64,000 nucleotides of DNA from Nibricoccus sp. (GTDB lineage: Bacteria > Verrucomicrobiota > Verrucomicrobiia > Opitutales > Opitutaceae). Each line of letters starts with the position of its first letter. Position 1 is the stretch's first letter. Position numbers and translations under genes: made by a program. Below are positions 48,034-57,492 of the stretch, piece by piece. The notes beneath the pieces were generated by a model, which made no database searches, had not been told where the DNA came from, and saw nothing but the letters and a program-made list of their open reading frames with translations. The DNA lies in NCBI GenBank assembly GCA_047602425.1, contig JASGHG010000001.1, forward strand, positions 1,056,001-1,120,000. Direction: 5' to 3'.

Positions 48034-49875
48034 TTACTGCGCGAACGGCCCCCCACCGGCACCCGCGTTGGCCATGACGGATGATTTGGCACTTGCCGCG
48101 CTTTCCAGCGAGTAGCTGTACGGAACAGCAAACACGCTGTCCGTGCCGGGCAGCATGACGCGTTGCGTGCCGTCGGAGTTGGTGACGTTGCCAGTCCACG
48201 TCACGCCGTTGTTCGTGCTATTGAGGCTCACGTTGTTGCCCGAGGCGTACAACTTGCCCTGCGTGCCGCTGCCCGTGATGTATTGCTCCCAGGGATTACG
48301 CACGTTTTCGAAGAAGTTATTTTCCACTCGAACCTCGGCCTGAACACGAGTACGCGCGCAGTAGTTATTGCCTGGCGCATTGTAATAGTTATTGAAAAGA
48401 TGCACCCGGCCAAACCGGACCGAAGGCATGCGCTCGACGCAGCCCGTGCTCCACCAGTTGTGATGGTAAGTCACGTGATATTGACTGCCGTTGTCTGAAT
48501 CGCTTGAGCCGATGAGGCTGACGAAATTATGGCCATCATTGATCGTATAGAAGAACTCGCACCACGAGATGGTGATGTAGTCGGAGGCCTGCGTGATATC
48601 GATGTTGCCATCGGTGGAGTTGACCAGTGTGCAGTGATCGATCCAAACGTGATCTGAGTAATGCAGGCCGATGTTATCCTCGGTCGAACTTGTGATGGTG
48701 AGATTGCGAATGATCACGTTTTTCGAGCGGTAAAGATAGAGGCCGCCGCCAGAGAGAATGACGTTGCCCTGTCCAATCACGGTTTTGTTCGAACGGATGT
48801 GCGTGGCCATGCCGGTCAGTGGAAACGATTTGGCGATATAAATCGTATAGGGTGCGTCGACGTCCGAGTACTGCTGCAGCTCGGCTTCGCTCGAAACATA
48901 AACGGTCGGGCCAGCCGCACCGCCCGTGATCGTACCACCGTCGTTGCAGAAACCGATCGGGTCGAACGAACCACCCGAACTCGTGCTGCCGCTCGATGAT
49001 GAGGACGAACTACTGCTACTCGACGAACTGGAAGAGCTCGACGAGGAACTGCTCGACGAAGAGGAAGACGAAGAACTCGAAGAAGAGCTGGAAGACGACG
49101 AAGAGGATGAGCTGCTTGATGACGAACTAGAAGATGAACCACCGCTCGCCGGTAAAAGCACAACCGAAGACTGCGCGAGCTGGCCTGAGGCCGAAGCGGT
49201 CCAACTCGTGGTCACGGTGCCTGCGGTGGACAGCGTCTTCGTCGACGACGCACTGCCCGAGCCCGATGAGGAGCGGTCATAGCGTTCCGTTTGTCCGGAA
49301 CCAGCTGTGAAGCTCACGCTCGATGCGCCGCTCCCAACGACGTCGACCAACAAACCGCCAATAGTCGAGCCGCCGAGCGACGTGGAAATGGCAGTACCTG
49401 ACGCCGACGTATTGGCGGCCGACGAGGCCGGCGCCGCCTGCACCGCGCCGGACACCGAGGTCGAACCAGCTATGGCACTGGAGACTGTACCGGCGAATCG
49501 CACACGCACTTGATAATTGCCCGATGCCGGGAGGTTAGCGTTGAGCAAATAGAATAATTGCGTGCGATTGATCGTGCTGCCTCCGATACTCGCTTGGGAA
49601 CCGCTCACCGGCGTGAGCGCCTTCCCATTGTAGGCCACATCCACGATCGCCAGATCGGCGGCGCTGCTGTCTTCGGCAGAAACGCCGACCACCAGCAAAC
49701 GGTTGCCGCCCGCGCCGATGGTGTGATTCCAACTCAGTTGTGTCACACTCGAGCCGCCGACAGACCCGGAACGGTCAAAGACGACATCAGCCAGGGACGA
49801 ACTAGCTCCAACAAACAAACAAGCAAGCCACATAAATGCGGCCGCGAAACAATGCGGGGTGTTTTTGATTTTCAT
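48034..49875 (-). CDS. modular pectate lyase (PL1): signal peptide, N-terminal beta domain, poly-Ser linker, catalytic domain
   Basis: SNKTVIG, NVIIRNL, VWIDHC, DGNIDI, VTYHHN, RMPSVRFG. Confidence 0.92.
   Translation of the reverse strand: MKIKNTPHCFAAAFMWLACLFVGASSSLADVVFDRSGSVGGSSVTQLSWNHTIGAGGNRLLVVGVSAEDSSAADLAIVDVAYNGKALTPVSGSQASIGGSTINRTQLFYLLNANLPASGNYQVRVRFAGTVSSAIAGSTSVSGAVQAAPASSAANTSASGTAISTSLGGSTIGGLLVDVVGSGASSVSFTAGSGQTERYDRSSSGSGSASSTKTLSTAGTVTTSWTASASGQLAQSSVVLLPASGGSSSSSSSSSSSSSSSSSSSSSSSSSSSSSSSSSSSSSSSSSSSSSSSSSGSTSSGGSFDPIGFCNDGGTITGGAAGPTVYVSSEAELQQYSDVDAPYTIYIAKSFPLTGMATHIRSNKTVIGQGNVILSGGGLYLYRSKNVIIRNLTITSSTEDNIGLHYSDHVWIDHCTLVNSTDGNIDITQASDYITISWCEFFYTINDGHNFVSLIGSSDSDNGSQYHVTYHHNWWSTGCVERMPSVRFGRVHLFNNYYNAPGNNYCARTRVQAEVRVENNFFENVRNPWEQYITGSGTQGKLYASGNNVSLNSTNNGVTWTGNVTNSDGTQRVMLPGTDSVFAVPYSYSLESAASAKSSVMANAGAGGGPFAQ
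48991..49137 (-). repeat. poly-serine linker (about 49 Ser, mixed codons)
   Basis: Uninterrupted Ser run between the two domains. Confidence 0.9.
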
Positions 49876-50110
49876 GGGGTATCGTTTTTTGGGTTTTTGC
49901 CGTTGCTGGCAAAAGGGTATAAAACCAAAAGTAAGAGACAACGCGCCATCCGCGGCACATAAAAGCTGTCAGCGCGTGGCTGCGCGCAGTCATGCCGGTA
50001 TAAAAAGTTGGCATCAATGGGGTCATGCTCGGGGTGCCTCTCCCACTCGTGGGGCTGCGAAGATCCCCGGCAAACGCCGTGATGTCAAACGACGTGTTCG
50101 ATCAGCCGCG

Positions 50111-50998
50111 TCATCCGTGCCGGCCTTTGAACGTCAATTCTGCCACCCCGCTTTTGTCGATGGCACCGAGACCAACGGCGACCATGCGATCATATTGCAA
50201 TTTCGTCGCGGCAGCGAGCGGGAGCTGAAGGCCAGCCTCGCAACCAAGCGTCCAGGCGATCGTGCTGTCTTTCGCGGCGTGAGCGGCGGAAAAATAACAA
50301 TCGTGAGCGCGAGCCTGCATGTCTTCGCCATCGGTCTTGAGCACTTGCGAGGCCGCACCGGTCTGCGCAAAGACCTCGCGCAACATCGTGAGGTCGAGCC
50401 CGAGCGCCGCACCGAGACCAAGACCTTCGGCCAGCGCCGCCGTGTTCATATTCATGACCATGTTAACAAGTGCCTTCACCTGTGCGGCGCGTCCGGCCGG
50501 GCCGATGTAGCGCAAGGCGGAACTGAGTTTTTCCAAAACAGGTTTGGTGCGTTCAAAAACGTTCGGTTCTCCGCCGCACATGAGATAGAGTGTGCCGGCG
50601 CGAGCTTGCGGGATCGACGAAGCCATGCATGCCTCAAGCGCCTCGGCACCGACGGCGCGAGCGCGCCGCTCAATCTCGACGTGAGTCTTCGGCGTGATGG
50701 TTGCACAATTGACGAACCGTTTTCCCTTGGCGCCCACGAGCAGCGAATCACCCGTTTCTGAAAAAAGTCCAAGCTGCGCCGCATCATCCGTGACGACGGT
50801 AAAAACGATATCGGCGGAGGCGGTGACGGCCGCGAGCGTAGCGACACTGACCGCGCCAAGTTCCTGCGCAAGGGCGGTCGCGGCTGGTGCGTGGACATCA
50901 TAAACCGCGGCGATCGAATAGCCGCAGTCTTTTAAGCGACGAGCCATGTTGGCTCCCATGCGACCGAGTCCAACAAAGGCAATTTTTTCGAGCGTCAT
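50111..50998 (-). CDS. NAD(P)-dependent beta-hydroxyacid dehydrogenase (3-hydroxyisobutyrate dehydrogenase family)
   Basis: IAFVGLGRMGANMA, GTLYLMCGG, KALVN. Confidence 0.9.
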   Translation of the reverse strand: MTLEKIAFVGLGRMGANMARRLKDCGYSIAAVYDVHAPAATALAQELGAVSVATLAAVTASADIVFTVVTDDAAQLGLFSETGDSLLVGAKGKRFVNCATITPKTHVEIERRARAVGAEALEACMASSIPQARAGTLYLMCGGEPNVFERTKPVLEKLSSALRYIGPAGRAAQVKALVNMVMNMNTAALAEGLGLGAALGLDLTMLREVFAQTGAASQVLKTDGEDMQARAHDCYFSAAHAAKDSTIAWTLGCEAGLQLPLAAATKLQYDRMVAVGLGAIDKSGVAELTFKGRHG

Positions 50999-51228
50999 AA
51001 AATAGATTGGCGATGAGCGAGCGTGCTCAGAATTGCCTCCATCGCCAGTCGTGTGACGATTTTTAGTGACCGTCGGGCGACGCAACCTCTTCGCCTCTGC
51101 GAAAAGTGTGGACAGGCGACTTTCACGTCGCCCGTTTTTCTATCGAAGGTCCAGCGGATCGACAGGAGAATCGAACCACTATATCGCCATGGCCGATGGT
51201 TCGTTTTCTCCTACGAAAATGGTCCTGC

Positions 51229-52032
51229 CTATTTCATCCCGGCAACAAACGCCTCCATCGCTTCGCGAGTGATCGCGTGTCGGGCGGCACATCGGGGACA
51301 CCGAATTTCTATTTTTTCGTCGGAACCGAAAAGGCCGTCGGGGTCCTCCTTCATCGCCGGGGCAAGCACTTCCATCATGCGCTGCTGGTTGCAACCGCAG
51401 TGCCACCGATAAACACGGCGTTCCATCAGCGCGAGTGTTTCGGATTGATCCAACGCGGCGGCTTTTTCCGCGGTGAGTTCGGCAAACCATTTGGTGTCGC
51501 AATCGGGATGCTCCGATAACAAAACAAAATCCTCCTCGCCGATCTGGAAATAGCGCGCGGGACGTTGTTCGCTGCGAGTGAAAAACATTTCAGCGGCAGC
51601 CAACGGATCGCCACCGACAAAATCGATTGCGCTGCGGCGTTTCGGCTCCTTGCCTCGAACGACATCGGCGTAGAAAAAATTGGTCCCCATTTCGCGTACG
51701 TTTTCCGTGAATACGCGACCAATGACCGCGCCCGTGCTGTTGTCGCCGGTAAGGAAGATGTTCAGCGAGGGTTCCTGAAAATGCAGCGTCCAAGCCACCA
51801 TCTCGTTCCACGGACGCGACGCGCAATGCAGCACGAACCCGGCGAGAGCCCGCTTGAAAAGCGCATCGTGCTCCGGCTCGACTTTCAGTTTCTGATCGCC
51901 GAGGTGCAGGTAGTAATCGACGAAGAGCTCGCTGAACGAAGCGCGTGCGAGCAGAGCATTGCGATTGCGCACAAAATAAGTGCGGACTTCGAAACCGGAA
52001 TCGGCGGGATTTATGGGAGAAGACTCGGACAT
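51229..52032 (-). CDS. hslO: Hsp33 redox-regulated chaperone
   Basis: FFTRSEQRP; C-terminal CGC...CPRC zinc motif. Confidence 0.85.
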   Translation of the reverse strand: MSESSPINPADSGFEVRTYFVRNRNALLARASFSELFVDYYLHLGDQKLKVEPEHDALFKRALAGFVLHCASRPWNEMVAWTLHFQEPSLNIFLTGDNSTGAVIGRVFTENVREMGTNFFYADVVRGKEPKRRSAIDFVGGDPLAAAEMFFTRSEQRPARYFQIGEEDFVLLSEHPDCDTKWFAELTAEKAAALDQSETLALMERRVYRWHCGCNQQRMMEVLAPAMKEDPDGLFGSDEKIEIRCPRCAARHAITREAMEAFVAGMK

Positions 52033-52264
52033 TCCCTTGAAGGAGCGCAGTCCGCGCCGAAGCTCAAGTCCGCAGAATGAAATCCAGCGTTATACGAAGA
52101 AAGACAGTCCACGGAGAATAGTCACCATTGCCAACAAGGCCAGACTGCAAAGCAACGTTCCGACGTCAAAACGACCACCACTGAAATTTGGCGGTTTAAA
52201 ACGATTCGTTTATTCCGTCGTTCATTTCCCCATCTGGGCGTGATTAAGCCAAATCTACGTCCGT

Positions 52265-52867
52265 TCACTCCTTCCATTCGGAGCTTTTGAGCGTTTTCTG
52301 CGCCTTGCTGACTTTCGGTTTAACCACGAACTGACAATAACCCTGACCCGGATTTTTTCTAAAATAGTCCTGATGGTAGTCCTCAGCCGGATAAAATTCC
52401 TTCAGTGGTACCAGTTCGGTTACGATTTTTTCGGAAAGTTTTTTCTGCTCCGCGGCGATGGCCTTTTCAGCGGCAATTTTTTGTGCGTCGGTCGTGTAGA
52501 GGATAATCGAGCGATACTGAGTGCCGTGGTCGTTGCCTTGATAGTTGAGCGTCGTCGGATCGTGCACCGTCCAAAAAAAGCCCAATAGTTTTTCGAGCGA
52601 AACCTGGGCCGGATCGTAGACGATTTTCACGACCTCCGCATGGCCGGTCGCGCCGGAACAAACATCGCGGTAAGTCGGGTTGGGTACCGAGCCGCCGGCG
52701 TAACCGCTTACGACGTCTTTTACGCCGGGCACGAGGCGGTAGGTGGCGTCGAGGCACCAGAAACACCCGCCGCCGACGACTAGGGTTTCAGTTTTGGTTT
52801 CAGCTGTGGTTGTCATGGGAAAAGCGAGGGCGCAGAGCAGTAGGATCGGAAAAAGGAACGTTTTCAT
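52265..52867 (-). CDS. msrA: peptide-methionine (S)-S-oxide reductase with a signal peptide
   Basis: GGGCFWC, SGYAGG, TGHAEVV, HDPTTLN, GTQYRS, AEDYHQDY. Confidence 0.96.
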   Translation of the reverse strand: MKTFLFPILLLCALAFPMTTTAETKTETLVVGGGCFWCLDATYRLVPGVKDVVSGYAGGSVPNPTYRDVCSGATGHAEVVKIVYDPAQVSLEKLLGFFWTVHDPTTLNYQGNDHGTQYRSIILYTTDAQKIAAEKAIAAEQKKLSEKIVTELVPLKEFYPAEDYHQDYFRKNPGQGYCQFVVKPKVSKAQKTLKSSEWKE

Positions 52868-53012
52868 GGAGCACAAAAGGAACGTGTTGAAGAATCAGCG
52901 GTTGGCAAAAATAGGAGGCATTATGCCCATGATTTATTCCCGAGGTTGCGCAACCCGCCTCGGCTCAGCAAGGTGAGCAGGCGCATCTGGGGTGTATTAC
53001 GGACACGTGTCG

Positions 53013-53026
53013 TGCCAACGTTGACA
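53013..53026. promoter_or_regulatory. LacI-type operator-like palindrome overlapping a TTGACA -35 box
   Basis: TGCCAACGTTGACA, 40 nt upstream of the GH105 start. Confidence 0.5.
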
Positions 53027-53065
53027 GACTGTGGGCTTCAGCGTTTTTATGTCCGCCCCTTCCCC

Positions 53066-54487
53066 ATGAAAATTGAAAAACTTTCCCGTTGGGCATGCAC
53101 GAGTGTTGCGCTGGGCGCCTTCGCCCTGACCGCACAAGCCCAGTATCGCAACCGCGACAATCATAACCTCGGCGATAGCGGCGAGGGCGTCTACACCGCG
53201 CCTTACCAGCTGCCTACCGTAAACGAGGTCACGGAAATCATCGAACGCGTCCATGCGTTCGTGGAAAAAGCCAGCCCCACACGCGTGATCGACGAAAACA
53301 CGGGCAAGGAGATCACCGATTTTGCCACTCCCCAACCAAATGCCATCGCTGATCGCGGCGATGAAGGCGCGTATAATCCCTGGCAATATACCATGGGCGT
53401 CACCCACGCCGCGATGCTTCACGCCACTGCCGTCACTGGCGACCCGCGTTATGCCGCTTTCACGAAACGGCACATGCAGTTCATTCACGATCGCCTCCCC
53501 TACTTCAGCAAACAGGCCGAACTCGTCAAAATAACCCCGGGACACGAATACCGCGGCGTCGAGGCACGCGATCAGCCGCGTCCGAACAGCTTCCGCGCCG
53601 CGATCCAACCCGAGAGCCTTGACGATTCAGGCGCGATCGGCGCCGCCCTGGTCAAGGCCCGCCTCGCCAAAGTCGGTCCCGATCAAATCGACCTCATCAA
53701 CAAGCTCGCCGATTTTGTCGCTAACAAACAGTTTCGCCTCGCCGACGGCTGCTGGGCCCGCAAACGCCCCCAGCCCGTCTCTCTCTGGGCCGACGACTAC
53801 TATATGAGCATTCCGCTCATGGCGCAGATGACTCGCCTCACTGGCGATCCGAAATACGTCAACGACGCCGCCCGTCACTTCGTCAAAGCCGCGCCCCGCC
53901 TTTTCAATCCCCGAACCCAGCTCTATACCCACGGCTGGAATGAAAACCAGCCCTATAATCCCCAATTCTACTGGGGCCGCGCCAATGGCTGGGTCACGAT
54001 GGCCGCCTGCGAACTGCTCGATGTCCTTCCTGCCAACCACCCCGATCGCCCGCGGATCCTCGAACTTTTCCAAATGCACATCCAGGCGCTCGCCTCGCTC
54101 CAAGCGCCGAGCGGCATGTGGCGCAACCTCCTCGACAAAACCGATTCCTATGAAGAGTCATCCTGCACCGCGATGTTCGTCTACGCGATCGCTCATGCGA
54201 TCAACGAAGGCTGGATCAGCGCCGCAAGCTATGGCTCGGTCGTGCAGGCAGGCTGGAATGGCCTGAGCACCCGCGTCAACGCCCGCGGTCAGGTCCTAGA
54301 CACCTGCGTCGGCACCACCTTCGCGAGCGACAACGTGTATTACTACCACCGTCCGACCAGCACCGATGCAACCCATGGCGTGGGCCCCGCGATCATGGCT
54401 GGCGCCGAGATGATCCGACTGTTGAAGAACGAAAAAGTGATCATTCGCAAGCAGTGGCGAACCTATCATTATATACCAAAAGAATAA
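53066..54487 (+). CDS. glycoside hydrolase family 105/88 (unsaturated uronyl hydrolase), secreted
   Basis: WQYTMGV, SLDDSG, LWADDYYM, YWGRANGW, YEESSCTAMF, CVGT. Confidence 0.9.
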   Translation: MKIEKLSRWACTSVALGAFALTAQAQYRNRDNHNLGDSGEGVYTAPYQLPTVNEVTEIIERVHAFVEKASPTRVIDENTGKEITDFATPQPNAIADRGDEGAYNPWQYTMGVTHAAMLHATAVTGDPRYAAFTKRHMQFIHDRLPYFSKQAELVKITPGHEYRGVEARDQPRPNSFRAAIQPESLDDSGAIGAALVKARLAKVGPDQIDLINKLADFVANKQFRLADGCWARKRPQPVSLWADDYYMSIPLMAQMTRLTGDPKYVNDAARHFVKAAPRLFNPRTQLYTHGWNENQPYNPQFYWGRANGWVTMAACELLDVLPANHPDRPRILELFQMHIQALASLQAPSGMWRNLLDKTDSYEESSCTAMFVYAIAHAINEGWISAASYGSVVQAGWNGLSTRVNARGQVLDTCVGTTFASDNVYYYHRPTSTDATHGVGPAIMAGAEMIRLLKNEKVIIRKQWRTYHYIPKE

Positions 54488-54517
54488 CCCTGGCCGCCAA
54501 ATACGACCGCCTTGTTT

Positions 54518-54549
54518 AAAAGCCCCGCAAACCGCGGGGCTTTTTATTT
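54518..54549. terminator. bidirectional intrinsic terminator
   Basis: aaaagccccgc-aaacc-gcggggctttttattt. Confidence 0.88.
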
Positions 54550-54635
54550 CAAAGTTCAGACAAAACTTTTTTAAAGGTCCAAATCATGCCGTGCGTCGAA
54601 AGCGAAGCCGCACCAACCGTCGCGAAGATTCTCGT

Positions 54636-55205
54636 TCAGCTACCGGGCTTTTCGATCGGAATCCTGGCCAGTTCTGCCGGCACTTGATCGGCCGGATAGG
54701 TTGGGAAACTCAGTTCCAACAGCGAAACCGCCGGAATATCGAAACGCATCGTACCCGCGCTGCGGTCCACGAGCATCGCCACCGCCACCGGCACCCCGCC
54801 GCCCTTGCGAACAATGTCGATGCACTCGATCACGCGGCCGCCACGGGTCACCACATCCTCGGCGATCAATACAGGTTCGCCCGGCTCAAATTTAAAACCA
54901 CGCCGCAGAACCAAAATATTGTTTTCCTTCTCGGCGAAAACGAAGCGCGACTTTGTCTGGCGGGCGATTTCCTGGCCGATCACCAGTCCACCCATGGCCG
55001 GCGCCAACACGGTGCGGAACGACAGCGACTTCAATTTCGCGCACAACAACTCCGAAAGACGCGTCACCGCCGTCATATCCTGGCACACCTGCGCACATTG
55101 GAAGTAATGCCCGCTGTGCAACCCCGAACGGAGTACAAAATGCCCCTGCAGCAGCGCCTTGGTGCGTTTGAAGATATCGAGAATTTCCTGTTGTTGCGTA
55201 TCCAT
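54636..55205 (-). CDS. pyrE: orotate phosphoribosyltransferase
   Basis: GHFVLRSGLHS, PAMGG, VLIAEDVVTRGG PRPP motif, PIEKPGS. Confidence 0.95.
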   Translation of the reverse strand: MDTQQQEILDIFKRTKALLQGHFVLRSGLHSGHYFQCAQVCQDMTAVTRLSELLCAKLKSLSFRTVLAPAMGGLVIGQEIARQTKSRFVFAEKENNILVLRRGFKFEPGEPVLIAEDVVTRGGRVIECIDIVRKGGGVPVAVAMLVDRSAGTMRFDIPAVSLLELSFPTYPADQVPAELARIPIEKPGS

Positions 55206-55332
55206 GCCACCGACGCTGGCGCCGGCCCGGCAAACCGCAAAAACTTTTTCGCTTCTTCTCGTTGCCCAATGACTGCGGTTCCGCGAGCGGCGCCAGCCTT
55301 GCCAATTCTTGGAGCATATATAAAAAGGCCTC

Positions 55333-56178
55333 GTGGTAATCGAACACGCACCGCTCGAAGACGAATTCGGCGACATCCTCGACAAGGCCATGCGCCATAC
55401 AGGCATGACCGAGCATGTCCTTGCCGAGCGTTCGGGCGTAGCGCTTGAAAAAATTCACGACGCCATCGACTACCGCTACGATCTCAATGCGGACGAAATT
55501 CGCCGGTTGGCCGCCGCGCTGGAGCTTAATGAGGCCGGCTTGCTCGCCATCGCGGAAGAACGCTATCCGCTGCCCGAAATCGCCGGCCTGCCCTTTTGCC
55601 TCTATCCCCTCCGCTTCCCACATGGTATCGGCGTGGCCAACGCCTACATCGTTGCCGATTGCGGCCAATCGACCGGTTTGCTTTTCGATACCGGCACCGA
55701 CTACACGCTTCTCCGCCGTCTATGGCCAAGAAGCGTGAAAAAGCCGGAGGCCATTTTTGTCACCCACGGCGAAACCGAGCACATCGGCGACCTCCGGGAA
55801 CTGGTCGCCAACGAAAACAATATTCCGGTTTTCTGCCCGGAAGGGAAATGTATCGCTGGCGCGGTGGCGCTCGGAGAAGGAGCGAAACTCACATTCGGGC
55901 GTCTCGAAGTACAATCGTTAAAGACACCCGGACATTGCGAGGCGCACAATTGCTACATTGTGGCGGCCCCCGCGGCACCCTCTGCCGCGCCGCTGCTCGT
56001 CTCAGGCGACACTCTGTTTGCTGGTTCGACTGGAGGTGCCTTCTATTGTCGCCAGAAGCTCGCTACCACCCTCCGCCGCCTTCTCGACAATTTGCCTGAA
56101 AACACCGTGGTCGCCCCTGGCCATGGTCCGCTCACGACAATAAAAAACGAACGGCGTTTTAATCCGTTCGTCCGTTGA
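55333..56178 (+). CDS. MBL-fold hydrolase with an N-terminal HTH-like domain and a variant metal motif
   Basis: FDTG, THGETEH, TPGH, GDTLFAGS, PGHGPLTT...NPF. Confidence 0.85.
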   Translation: MVIEHAPLEDEFGDILDKAMRHTGMTEHVLAERSGVALEKIHDAIDYRYDLNADEIRRLAAALELNEAGLLAIAEERYPLPEIAGLPFCLYPLRFPHGIGVANAYIVADCGQSTGLLFDTGTDYTLLRRLWPRSVKKPEAIFVTHGETEHIGDLRELVANENNIPVFCPEGKCIAGAVALGEGAKLTFGRLEVQSLKTPGHCEAHNCYIVAAPAAPSAAPLLVSGDTLFAGSTGGAFYCRQKLATTLRRLLDNLPENTVVAPGHGPLTTIKNERRFNPFVR

Positions 56179-56206
56179 GCCCACAAGGGCCGACAAATTC
56201 TCGCAA

Positions 56207-56283
<77 letters not shown>

Positions 56284-56365
56284 ATTTTTTTGCGTTCTTT
56301 CTAAAAGAAAGAGCCGCCGAGACAAGGTCACCCGAGCCCCAGCGGCAAACAAAATCTTTGAAAGA

Positions 56366-56905
56366 TTACTTGGCGGGATTTTCCGCTGTCGCCACGACAG
56401 GCGCTTTGGCCATCGCGCTTTCATTCGCGCGAGTCGTCAGCATTTCCGTGTAGCGCTGCACTTCGAGCTCAGCGGCACGACGGGCCTTCTTGGTGATTTC
56501 CACCTTCTTGGCCAGTTCGAGAACCGCACGATTTTCCTGGTCACGAGTGGCGCGCTTGGCGGCGAGATCTTTTTCCAAAGAAGCAGCAAGCTTGTTGTTG
56601 AGCTCAACGCCGTCGGTGTACTTCTTGGCGTCGTCCTTCAACTTCTGGATCTTGGCGGCGAATTCGTCCTGCTTCTTTTTCTTCTGTGCCTCTTCAGCGG
56701 CGATGCGCTCGGCATTGCGCTTGTCCGAGTCAATCTTGGCCTTCGCTTCGAGCTGCCTCTTCTCTTCGAGTTTCTTCTGCTCAGCTGCGGCTTTTTCTTC
56801 AGCGATAGCCTTGACGCGAAGATCGGCTTCCTTGGAAGCGCCGCGTTCGAAGAACACGAAAACAGCCATGAACACGATCGGGATAATAAGGTAGTAGCGA
56901 TTCAT
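56366..56905 (-). CDS. N-terminal TM + charged coiled-coil protein (paralog 2)
   Basis: MNRYYLIIPIVFMAVFVFF followed by K/E/A-rich helix; last gene of the TonB operon. Confidence 0.8.
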   Translation of the reverse strand: MNRYYLIIPIVFMAVFVFFERGASKEADLRVKAIAEEKAAAEQKKLEEKRQLEAKAKIDSDKRNAERIAAEEAQKKKKQDEFAAKIQKLKDDAKKYTDGVELNNKLAASLEKDLAAKRATRDQENRAVLELAKKVEITKKARRAAELEVQRYTEMLTTRANESAMAKAPVVATAENPAK

Positions 56906-56932
56906 ATCGGCAAAGTCTCTGGGTTGAAGTGA

Positions 56933-57469
56933 TCAGGATTTGGCTTTCTTAGCGCTTTGGGCCGCAGCGAGGGCCGCAGCTTCATCGGCCTTCTGGATCT
57001 TTTTAAGAACCTCTTCGAGGCCCTTTTGATTGGCTTCGGCAGCTTTGACGTACTTCTGAAGGAATTCGTCTTCGTTCGCCAATGTCGCCTTCTCAGCGGC
57101 GAGCTTTTTGATGCCGGCGTCTTCGACTGCGATTTCGTTCTTTAAGCGGTCGACGGTACGGAGCACGCGATCGAGTTCGTCACGAGCCTTGTCGCTGGCG
57201 TCCTTGAGGTCGATCTGGAGCTGCTTTTCTTCGGCTTCACGCTTTTCGCGTTCGGCCTTCTCGATCTTGCGCTTCTCCTGAAGTTGAATGGCTTCCTCGA
57301 CCGCTTTCTTTTTAATTTCGAAGTCGGCCCGAGCTTTGGCCTCACGATCGGCCTTTTTTTGGTCTTCAATCTTCTGTTTTTCCTCTGCGAAGTTCGCATT
57401 GAATTGCCAATAGAAGACGGCGAAGATGATGACACCGATGAGAGGGAAGAGTATGTAAAACTTCTTCAT
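56933..57469 (-). CDS. N-terminal TM + charged coiled-coil protein (paralog 1)
   Basis: MKKFYILFPLIGVIIFAVFY followed by K/E/A-rich helix. Confidence 0.8.
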   Translation of the reverse strand: MKKFYILFPLIGVIIFAVFYWQFNANFAEEKQKIEDQKKADREAKARADFEIKKKAVEEAIQLQEKRKIEKAEREKREAEEKQLQIDLKDASDKARDELDRVLRTVDRLKNEIAVEDAGIKKLAAEKATLANEDEFLQKYVKAAEANQKGLEEVLKKIQKADEAAALAAAQSAKKAKS

Positions 57470-57492
57470 GTTTTAAGGGGGGAAGGTAAGGG

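Noticed and set aside
48926..49282. Asp/Glu/Leu-rich ORF and repeat-like DNA
   Set aside because: It is the reverse complement of the poly-Ser linker, not a gene or a CRISPR array.
49916..50005. Two ggtataaaa direct repeats upstream of the modular pectate lyase
   Set aside because: Short and AT-rich with only two copies; not distinguishable from chance.
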